Of a stretch of 64,000 nt of DNA, positions 41,533 through 51,195 are shown piece by piece (position 1 is the stretch's first letter; each line of letters starts with the position of its first letter). This stretch comes from Ruditapes philippinarum (lineage: Eukaryota). The DNA lies in NCBI RefSeq assembly GCF_026571515.1, contig NW_026857787.1:62001-126000 (forward strand), given 5' to 3'. Made by a program: the position numbers and the translations under genes. The notes beneath the pieces were generated by a model. The model saw only the letters and a program-made list of their open reading frames with translations, was not told the origin of the DNA and did not search any database.

Positions 41533-43846
41533 TAAATAAAGATGTGTAAGTCGAAAACACTCTTCCGGACATACAAGTCACTTGAATAATCAATACAGAA
41601 CATATGGTATGAAATCAAATCCAATTCCAGGATAAATGTGCACATTTCGTATTGTAGTTGTTAAAATGTATTAAGCCTATCCGTAGGTATAAAGTTAGTG
41701 AACAGATGAAAGTCAATAATCAAGTTTTTTATTTTGCCGTCATTTCTGTCAGTTTTAATTTTTTTCTTTGCATGAACGGTAAATAACTCGAAAAGTCTAG
41801 GGTAATTAAAATGTCACGTTTCATTTGTCCTTTCTATACCAGTCGTTTCCCGACGCCAAGACATAATTAAAGTTCTTAAAAGGCTTTTATACCTACTTTG
41901 TTATATTTTCTTGCTCTTTTTTTCAATTGTCTGCATTACTTATGCACACTGGAATTAAGGAATTGTTGTTGCAAGTCACGATTTTGTTGGAATGAAGAAT
42001 GCACTGAGCAATGCATAAGTGTCTTTTTACAGGTAGATGGTTCTGCAAGAGACATGTTTTCGCTGCGAAAAAATATTTGTTCTTCAATGCAACAAAATCG
42101 TCGTTACCTGCGACAACCTTTTAGAATTTCAAGTTAGAATATTAAAATCATATGACATAATGACAAAACAGAAGTGTCAACTGAGAGTTTAAATTTCTTG
42201 CGGTGAGGGCACGTATTTTAAAGTCAACGATGACATTTATTTGACAAAAATAATGAAGCAATATTCAAGTATTTGCGAGGATGACATCCCTACATCTTTC
42301 TTATGTATTTTTCTCGATATTTCCTTCTATTCAACGGCCTCTAAGGCCTCTACAACCTTCAGGTTATAATAGACAATTGCATATACCGAACGAACATGCA
42401 GTTCTTTGTCCTATCTATTCATAATATCTATTCATAATTTCATACAAGATGATAATTATGTTTCCGTTGGTATTTTTACTCTATACATTTGGTATTGAAA
42501 ATTCATTTATCCAACATCTTCTGTTTTCTTTATATTTACATGTAGCAAGACAAATATTAACAGCAAAGTTTTGTAAAAGAAATTTTTATGAAACGTAGTG
42601 CTTAAGTAGCATACAGCTCACAGTAACCTTACGTTAATATGTATTGTATTATCGAAAGAGGACTAGCGCCGTGCTTTCGTTTCGCACAACAAAGAGCATG
42701 TATCTCCCAATCTGTTTTATTTTCAAACGGATTTATTCTTTAAGTTTATTCTATGTAAAAAAAAACATTTACGTCATGTTATAATGAAAAAAAAAGGAAA
42801 TTTTAATAATATCAGTATATATAATTGGAACACTGACCCTATCAAACAGTTGATGGTCGATTTGACTCCACAATAAGACCACTTATATACATTATGAGCT
42901 GCTTGTCCTTTTAATAAAATATTGTGTCCCAATTAAGGAAGAAACCAATATAAAAATGGTAATTTGGTAGTCTACCGGCCATTCTGAATATCCAACCTTT
43001 AATAGCCGATTTCTCCACAGTCAGATGACAGGCCACAAGTCCAACACAATTCTCTCCTCTCACCGTTGATCGAGAAATCATTTAGGATTTCATTTAGTAG
43101 TCAGTCACTCGAGAATACATTGGTAATTTCCGGTTAGTTATCTAGGAAGCCGATTTGATGGAACGACCACCGATATTTCACCAAATAAACTGTTAACCTT
43201 GGTGTAAAAACAAATCAAAAACACATCTGCTTGTGTTCTTGTTCATTTCCGATCTAAAGCACGAAATCACTAATTTAAAAGAGGTCTTTTATGTCTACTT
43301 CCACAAGTAAATATGAAAGGTCAGTAACGTGACCTGAAATTAAAATTATCTTGACCGAAACATGGTGTATCCTATAGTTAAAGATGAAAATAATAAAAGA
43401 ACAGTATGTCAATAGACAGTATAAGCATTCATCTCAAACGAAATTATAACTGTATTGTTAGGCACAAGACTTAGTCGGTATAACGTAAAAATAACAATAA
43501 CAAACATGTATGAATTCGTTTATTTTCATTTTTTTGTGTAAAATTTTAGTGACTTATTACAAAGCATGTACATGTCAATTAAATAAACAAGGAAAGAAAC
43601 TAATCACTTTTGAAGCACATCAAAACGTATATTTAATATACTTTTTAAGAGTAATTTATATCTAATCAATCATATTGACAAATTCATTCAAATATTTTTT
43701 TCAATTTATTACATTGTATGTTATCACTTTTTAAAATCAGCACAATGTTGATGCTATTAACTTATATTTCTTGTTTTATTTTGGTTGGCGGCCTTTATGT
43801 GCTGTTTTCTAGTCTTTGGCACACACCAGTTAACGTATCAATAAGT

Positions 43847-44419
43847 TCAGAACCTGTTGATAATATTCCTTAAAACATCCCAATTAACATGTAAATTATC
43901 CGTGTCGCAGTCTTCTATTGCTTGTACAATAACGTCTAGTGTAGCTTGATCCCCTTCTTTCTTTTCCCATTTCAAAAACATTTCATATATGCGCATTGCA
44001 GCAGTATCTTTATTCATACAAATGTGATCTAAAATTATTTTATCAAGACCAAGTTGCAACCCGAGAAGCTCCCAACCTTTCCCAATTGCCATTGCCAAAG
44101 TGCTATACTCTTTATTTGATAATTTTCTCTTCGGAACAGTATCAACTTTTAAATCTGGCTTTAACCATTCCTTCACAATAGTGTGTGTCTGAAGGCAGTG
44201 ACTCGCTCTATCCGGACATGGTACTTTCTCATCACTACATGATTGTATATTGTCAATAGCAAATGTTTCATAACTTCCCTTGCTCCCATGATCTTGGTGT
44301 AAACATCTTGCAGAAATATGACTGATAAAATGCCCCTCATGTTTATTGTCATGCAATTTATGCATCCGTTTGATAATAACCGTCTCTACGTATCTCCGAA
44401 ACATATCACAGACAGCAGC
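43847..44419 (-). CDS. Roco gene: end of COR and C-terminal Death domain (downstream of the premature stop)
   Basis: LSNKEYSTLAMAIGKGWELLGLQLGL...IYEMFLKW...ATLDVIVQAI fits the death-domain pattern; same frame as the COR ORF. Confidence 0.85.
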   Translation of the reverse strand, partial: AAVCDMFRRYVETVIIKRMHKLHDNKHEGHFISHISARCLHQDHGSKGSYETFAIDNIQSCSDEKVPCPDRASHCLQTHTIVKEWLKPDLKVDTVPKRKLSNKEYSTLAMAIGKGWELLGLQLGLDKIILDHICMNKDTAAMRIYEMFLKWEKKEGDQATLDVIVQAIEDCDTDNLHVNWDVLRNIINRF

Positions 44420-45141
44420 CTAAACATTGTCTGGAGGACAGAGACTAACAACAAGAAGCTCGAGTTTGTTTTTCGACAGCATCAGTACACCAGCATGTCC
44501 TCGTTCTATTTCACATGCAGCTACATTATCATATAAAACAGGGTTGCCATTGAACTTGACCAGTGGCCACCGTCCAATTATACGGGCCAAACACGTCTGA
44601 AAAGTGAAGGGCACCATCGTTTCATTTTCAAACTCGTAGCACAAAGAAACAGTTGACAAGGGTTTTCCTTCCAAAAATAACCTCATATTGTCATCATCGG
44701 CTGAAATCTTGAGTAAACTTGGTACAATGAAAAACCCTAATCGCTCAACAGTCATCCCAGAATTATGATTATAAGCTAGGACCTCCGCTATAATATGATG
44801 TTTTTGCATGTACCCTATCAGCAATTGTTTGAATTCATAAAAATCGTTATCTTTTTCTTGTCTCCAAACCTCTTCAAAAAGGTCTGCGCGTAAAATTGCT
44901 GTCGTACACAATTCCTTCCATAAGCTTCTCATTTTCGGACGCACTTTGCAAAATTTTTCAGATGTTATAACGCACCTGAAAGCATCAACAAGAAACTGTG
45001 GATCTAAGACAACATGGTCTGACAAATTATCCTCATCAAAATAACAGAATGTTCCCTTTGAATGATGATATGAAAGAAACAGTTTGATCTGGTCCATTGT
45101 TTCTCTTGAGTTGTCAGTTTGTAATGGACTGTCCGTTTGAC
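44420..45141 (-). CDS. Roco gene: COR domain segment
   Basis: FLSYHHSKGTFCYF...VVLDPQFLVDAFRCVIT...FIVPSLL; TAG at 44422-44420. Confidence 0.88.
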
Positions 45142-45314
45142 ATGTAGTTCTCCGCGTTACATCGTATAGACGGAGAACTGTTGTCTCAACAGGTGCGATA
45201 TCAAAACTGGTATAACCAGTTTGGTCACGTGATAAGAGTTATTGACCGTGCGTACGTACGATTAGTGGTCAGTTCTACAGAGACTCTCGCTTGGTACACG
45301 TCGTTAACTACATT
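45142..45314 (+). repeat. Split direct repeat A1 (173 bp)
   Basis: Identical by eye to 50501-50673. Confidence 0.95.
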
Positions 45315-45328
45315 GGGAAGTTTTTATC

Positions 45329-45623
45329 ATGGATCGAGATACTCACGACATTATCAAGGACGTTTGTAAAGGACACCGTGGAGAAAGCAGGCAGTCTTTA
45401 CTTCAAGAAATTGGGACGATGTTCGAAAAGATAAGTGAACAAAATAATTCTTCTCAATTTGCTAGAATAAGCAATTTAGTGGCATCATCTCAGCCAAAAT
45501 TTAAAAGGAAAAGCAACGAAGAACAGTTTTGTCATAATAGTAAATTTATGTTGAAGCTTAATGAAGCCGAGTCTAAGTTAGATAGCAGTAAAATTGAGGA
45601 GGCCAAAAGCAGTATTACAACAG
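45329..45623 (+). CDS. DIRS gag-like exon 1
   Basis: MDRDTH...KFKRKSNEEQF...AKSSITT; donor ACAG|gtttgt. Confidence 0.75.
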
Positions 45624-46560
45624 GTTTGTGTTTAAAAAACAAAACAAAAACTTAATGAATTCTACTCTATTCCATTTATAAGAAGCATTTTCAATTTGCA
45701 AAAGCTTGGTTTTTATTCAGCAGTTTTAAATTCGGGATACAATTAATAAATTCGCTATTTTCTAATAGTTTTTACGTGTTTAATGTGTAGACCACGTGGT
45801 CTCGATACACGTGTCTTTTGTTATACTAGAGGTGAATTGTTCTGTATGAAGATTGTTGGGATATGTTTATTGCTAAAGGAATAGTAATGCTAATAATAAG
45901 AATGATAATAAATATAAAAATTATATGTCTATTATATTTAAAAAAAAAAAAAAATCTTTGTTTCTTCTGTTTTCAAATTTATTTAGATTAATGTCTTTTT
46001 GGACATAAGTACATAAAAAAAAAAAAAAAAAAAAAAGATAAAGATTTTATAAGCTGATGTGATCAATATAGATGTTTTTTGCATGGTTAGCAATGACTAA
46101 TGTGGACTCGCCTTTTCTTTAACATGTATAAATAGGGGATTCATGTTTTATAGTATTACTGATATAGTTACATTATAAACTTGCATACGCATGTCACAGA
46201 TTTAAAACCCGTTGCGTTGGTAATGCGCAGGCCGATATGAATAAGTTAGAGTAGTATCATTTATAAATAAATTAAGTGATACTATAAATGGCGGTAGCAC
46301 GGGTTTTGCATGTTTACTGATTGAGATATTTTTAAAGTATAGCAAACACAGGAAAACTACGAATGACGGTAATATATTAGTATTTGTTAGATACGGCTTC
46401 TTTTATTTTCAAAGTTTGTAAGAAAATTATGTATTATATCAATGTGATTTTCAGTTACAAGGATTATATCACAGGAGTTGATTATATTGACTCATAAAGA
46501 TTATATTATTTATAGAAATTATGTTAAATATTTTTAGTAATAGGCAAATTTTTCTTTCAG

Positions 46561-47970
46561 CCTTGGATATTTTGTCACACCGACAAAAGATGATACAGTT
46601 GGCGGATGCTAGTGAATTGGGGTGGAGAGTAGTTCATGAGTATGAACAAAATCCTCTAGCAGACGACAGCGATGATGAAAAGAAAATGTATAAAGCTGAA
46701 GTCAGGGCTGACAGGAAGTTCAAAGCTGAGAAAAATAAGAAGTCTAAAAAGTTTAGAACCAAGCCTTACACCAGGAGTGTACCTGCACGAGCTACAAGTC
46801 AATCCACTTCGCAGCAATTTGGTGTACAGAAACCAGGCTTATGTTTTTACTGTGGAAAGCCGGGTCACTGGAGAAAAGAATGTCCAGCAAATACTACAAA
46901 TTTGAATAATAAGATGAGTACATTTTGTTTATTTAATAAACATTGCGATATGCTAGACAGTGATTCATTGAATCACAATTACAGGGAACAAATAAATAAT
47001 GAGGCAATTAGTTGCGATTCGAACCAAAATGATTCAGAAAATGAAATCGTTGTATTTCCTAAAAAATGTTTAAATCTTAATGTTTCTTCTGTGAATCACG
47101 GATATTGTTCTCAGCTGAACAGTGAATGCTCAGTATCAGTAGCAGAGCATTTTGGGTCTAAAAAAGAAAAACTTAAATGTGTAATATCGCCAGTAGGAAG
47201 ATTGAAGGCTCATGCTAGCAAATGGCGATCTATCAATGGCGATTCTTTCATTGTAGACGTTATAGAAAATGGTTACAAATTGCCATTTAGAAATATTCCT
47301 AGTAAAGTAATGCTTAAAAATAATAAGTCCGCTAGAGACAATCCGTCTTTTGTTACGACGGAAATAGAGTGTTTACTAGAAAAACATGTTATTTCGGTAG
47401 TAGATCACGTGCCTGAAGTTGTAAATCCGTTGACTGTGGCTTATAATAAGGCCGGAAAAGCAAGGTTGGTTTTAGATTGTAGGCATGTAAATCAGTTTTT
47501 GCATCTATTCAAAATCAAGTTTGAAGATGTTCGTGTCGCTCAGTCTCTATTTAGTGCTGGGGTTTTTGCTTTTACTTTTGATTTGAAAGGAGCTTATCAT
47601 CACATCGATATTTTTCAAGCTCATAGGAAATATTTAGGTTTTTCATGGATCTATAATGGTCAACAGACTTATTTTGTGTTTAATTCACTTCCATTTGGAA
47701 TAGCTAGCGCAGGGCATATTTTTTCTAAAACTGTCCGAGTATTGGTCATGTACTTAAGGTCATTAGGTCATAAGGTGATAATGTATCTTGACGATGGCAT
47801 CGGTGGTCATATTAATTTCCGAGAAGCATTAGAAAGTAGTGCATTTGTAAAAAGTACATTGATTAAATATTATATAATAGTTTTTTTGTTTGCGGAAGAA
47901 AAGTGTCATTGGTTTTCCTGTCAAAAAGTCACATGGTTAGGTTGTAATTTTTTTTTCATAATAAGTTTTT
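46561..47970 (+). CDS. DIRS gag exon 2 (CCHC knuckle) continuing in frame into reverse transcriptase
   Basis: RQKMIQLADASELGW...DDSDDEKK; CFYCGKPGHWRKEC; FDLKGAYHHIDI, LPFG, YLDD. Frameshift in the T-runs near 47950-47970. Confidence 0.92.
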
Positions 47971-48847
47971 TGTCACAGAAGAACGAATGTCTGTCACAGA
48001 CAACTCAATTGGGTCTGAATTACATCAGATAAGTTGTGACAAGTGTAGTGTTCTACCAGTCCGTGTGTTAGCGTCTTTGGTTGGACGTCTGATTTCTCTT
48101 CAATTTGTCTTTGGTAACATAGTGAGATTGAGAACGAGAGAGATGTATAAATGTATCATCTCTAGGGCTAGTTGGGACTCGCCAGTTTTAGTGAGCGAAT
48201 CAGCCATACATGAAATTATGTACTGGAAAGAAAATGTAAGAAAATTGAATGGATCAGGTAAATACATGTCTGAAATGAAAGTGTACGATATACACGTATT
48301 TTGCGATGCCAGTGGATCTGGTTATGGTGGTTACCTATATTTTCCGAGCAATGAAGCTCAATTACATTCTAATATTCAAATGAGTGGAACATTGCTATCC
48401 CCGGAAGTGGATTGCATGTCGAATGTTATGTTGAAATCACCGATTTCTTCAGCTGTTTCCCCGGAAGTGGAAAAATGTATGCTAGATAATACAAAGAAAA
48501 GTATAGATATAGATACGAAAGTCACTGGAAGTTGGCTTTTTGAAGAACAGATTAAAAGTTCTTCTTGGCGTGAGGTTGAGGCAGTGAATAGGGTTGTTAG
48601 AAGTCAAGCACAATTTCTCAAAAACAAAAATGTGAAAGTTTTTTCTGATAATCAAAATGTAAAATCGATTCTTTTGAACGGCAGTGTTAACGCAGAGCTT
48701 CAAAAAATTGCTTTAGGTTTCAATGATTTTTGTGAAGAAAATAATATCCATATTAGCCCGGAATGGATACCTAGAGACAATAATCAGATATCAGATTATT
48801 TGAGTAGATGTCTTGTTTGTGATGATTGGTCAATATCAGATCGTTGA
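47971..48847 (+). CDS. DIRS RT connection and RNase H
   Basis: FCDASGSGYGG...SSSWREVEAV...FSDNQNV...WIPRDNNQISDYLSR. Confidence 0.9.
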
Positions 48848-49260
48848 TTCAGATATTTTGATTGTATTTGGGTAATACACACAATAGATAGGTTTTCTAC
48901 TCATTATAACACTCATTGTGAAAGGTTTAACTCTTAGTGGTGGGTACCAGGAACGGAAGCTATAAATGCTTTGGATCAGTCCTGGAAAATGATAATAATT
49001 GGTTAGTTCCCCACTCGGCTAATAGTAGAGTGTATAAACAAAATTGTAAAGGAAAATGAAAGTTGCACATTAATTATACCAAAGTGGAAATCTTCAGCTT
49101 TTTTTTGGCCTTGCTTGTTTGATACAAAACGTAATTTTAAAACTTACATAAGAAATGCAGAGGTTTTTACAAAAAATGGAATAATACGTACTGCGAAAGG
49201 TAATAACGGCGTGTTTGCACACACACAATTGCGTTTTGTATGCTGGCACTTAAGATCAGG
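48820..49260 (+). pseudogene. Degenerate DIRS adenine-methyltransferase-like domain
   Basis: DDWSI...HTIDRFSTHYN..C.RFNS*WW.PG.EA.NA..Q.W / NNWLVP / TLIIPKWKS..FWP, with two stops and frameshifts. Confidence 0.75.
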
Positions 49261-49317
49261 TTTTAGTTTGGAGTGCCAATATAGAGACATGTACTGTATT
49301 CTATTTTACAGTATTTT

Positions 49318-50361
49318 ATGAAGTTTATGATATTTGTCATTTCGATTATAGGTGTTGACTTAAAACCTTCAATCAGGAGCATGATGAACAACGCAGGAGT
49401 GGACATTCAAAAACATCAAACTGTTATTGATCACATGGCAGGTTATATTGTACAATCCCGGGCAGTTTCTACTAGACAGAAATATATGAACTATTTCAAA
49501 CATTTCGAAAAATATTGTGTCAAAAATGGTTTTGTTTCCAAGCCAGCTTCATCTATAGTTGTAGCAATGTATTTAACAAACATGTTAGATCACGGAAAGT
49601 CGTACGGTGTTATTTCTTCTACCGTATATTCTATTAAATGGATGCATTCTTTGCATGATTATGTGGATCCTACTACGAATTCAATGGTTAAACATTTATT
49701 GGAAACAAGTAAACGAGAATGCTATGAACCTGTTAAAAAGAAAGATACAATAGATTCGGAAATGTTACAAACATTATGTGATAATTTTTCAGATTCCAGC
49801 GACGTGGTAACCTTAAGAGATCTGTCAATTATTCTTTTAGGTTTCGCTGGGTTTTTACGTTTCAACGAACTGAATTCTTTAATTTGTTCAGATATAACAT
49901 TCAATGATGATCACTTAGTGATAAACATTCGTAAGAGCAAAACTGATGTGTATAGGCAAGGAAAATCTGTTCCGATTTGTAAGGGTACTACTAATGCATG
50001 TCCTTTTAATATGCTTAAAAAATATATGAGGGCAGCTTGTCTTGACGTAACCTGTAATGAATTTTTGTTTAGGCCATGTTTTAGGTCAAAGGGGGTATCG
50101 GCGCTTATAAAAAGTAATAAAAAGTTGTCTTACACACGAGTTAGGGAATGCATTTTGTCTAAATTAAAGTTAGTAGCACCAAATTTAAATTTAGGTACAC
50201 ATTCTCTGAGAGCTAGTGGAGTTACGGTGGCCGCTAACTCAGGTGTGTCTGATAGATGTTTAAAGAGACATGGCCGTTGGAAAACTGATATAGCTAAGGA
50301 CGGTTATATTGTTGATTCATTAGGCAGTCGATTGTCAATTACAAAAAAGTTAAAGTTATAA
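49318..50361 (+). CDS. Tyrosine recombinase (intact ORF)
   Basis: Catalytic set GFLRFNE (R), KSKTD (K), HSLR (H..R), HGRW and DGY (Y). Confidence 0.95.
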   Translation: MKFMIFVISIIGVDLKPSIRSMMNNAGVDIQKHQTVIDHMAGYIVQSRAVSTRQKYMNYFKHFEKYCVKNGFVSKPASSIVVAMYLTNMLDHGKSYGVISSTVYSIKWMHSLHDYVDPTTNSMVKHLLETSKRECYEPVKKKDTIDSEMLQTLCDNFSDSSDVVTLRDLSIILLGFAGFLRFNELNSLICSDITFNDDHLVINIRKSKTDVYRQGKSVPICKGTTNACPFNMLKKYMRAACLDVTCNEFLFRPCFRSKGVSALIKSNKKLSYTRVRECILSKLKLVAPNLNLGTHSLRASGVTVAANSGVSDRCLKRHGRWKTDIAKDGYIVDSLGSRLSITKKLKL

Positions 50362-50442
50362 GTATTTTATAGATACTTTTTTATAAACATATGAATAATT
50401 AATTGAATTTTAATGTTTTTCGTCTCAAGCTTTGTAATTTCT

Positions 50443-50673
50443 ATACGTGTCTCGCCTTGCAGTTGTTGTTGTTGTTGTTTTGGATAGTGCCTGTTGAGAC
50501 ATGTAGTTCTCCGCGTTACATCGTATAGACGGAGAACTGTTGTCTCAACAGGTGCGATATCAAAACTGGTATAACCAGTTTGGTCACGTGATAAGAGTTA
50601 TTGACCGTGCGTACGTACGATTAGTGGTCAGTTCTACAGAGACTCTCGCTTGGTACACGTCGTTAACTACATT
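50443..50673 (+). repeat. Internal B1+A2 junction of the split direct repeats
   Basis: B1 50443-50500 abuts A2 50501-50673 directly. Confidence 0.95.
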
Positions 50674-51137
50674 AAAATTCAATAACATTTGTGCAAAATG
50701 ATGTTTATATATGCTTTTATTTGTTTAATTAAGAGGCATGTCTGAACTGTTTCCGTTGTTCAGTATTTCTAGGAATAGTCGGGGCATTTCAATGTTAACG
50801 CATTGACTAGGCTACGGAAACACGTTTCCTCCTGTTTTTAAAAAATAATGAAAAGAAAAGATAGGGGGTTTTTCGTGGGCGGCCCGTATTCTGATGAAGA
50901 AATATACGTTTGAATTTTCGATTTCCGTCATGATTGAAAACATTCTGGCTTTGCTTTAGAGGTTTTATCAGATTATTAACATGACGCAAATCGCATTTTC
51001 GATTGTAGCATGCTTATATTTATCTAATAGAATACACATGATTAATGAGTGATTAATTCTTGAGTTATAGAATTATATTGTAATAGAAAAGTATTATTGT
51101 AATAACGAATGTTTACTCCTCAGTTGTGTACCAATAA

Positions 51138-51195
51138 ATACGTGTCTCGCCTTGCAGTTGTTGTTGTTGTTGTTTTGGATAGTGCCTGTTGAGAC
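51138..51195 (+). repeat. Split direct repeat B2 (58 bp), preceded by AATAAA
   Basis: Identical to B1, including (gtt)6; aataaa at 51133-51138. Confidence 0.95.

Larger units (their letters stand above)
45142..51195 (+). mobile_element. DIRS-order tyrosine-recombinase retrotransposon with split direct repeats (PAT-like), 6054 bp
   Basis: A1 45142-45314, gag-RT-RH-MT, YR, B1 50443-50500, A2 50501-50673, B2 51138-51195; GAC at both host junctions and at the B1/A2 junction. Confidence 0.95.

Noticed and set aside
49318-50361. Prophage integrase or bacterial contamination
   Set aside because: The YR lies inside a gag-RT-RH retroelement that is inserted in a spliced eukaryotic gene.
51113-51195. 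Poly-Q C-terminus of the Roc ORF as a host feature
   Set aside because: It is antisense read-through of the element's B2 repeat (gtt)6 and adjacent element sequence.
45139-51195. GAC as a DDE-integrase target-site duplication, or an LTR retrotransposon call
   Set aside because: There is no DDE integrase. GAC is also present at the internal B-A junction, and the repeats are split rather than terminal LTRs.
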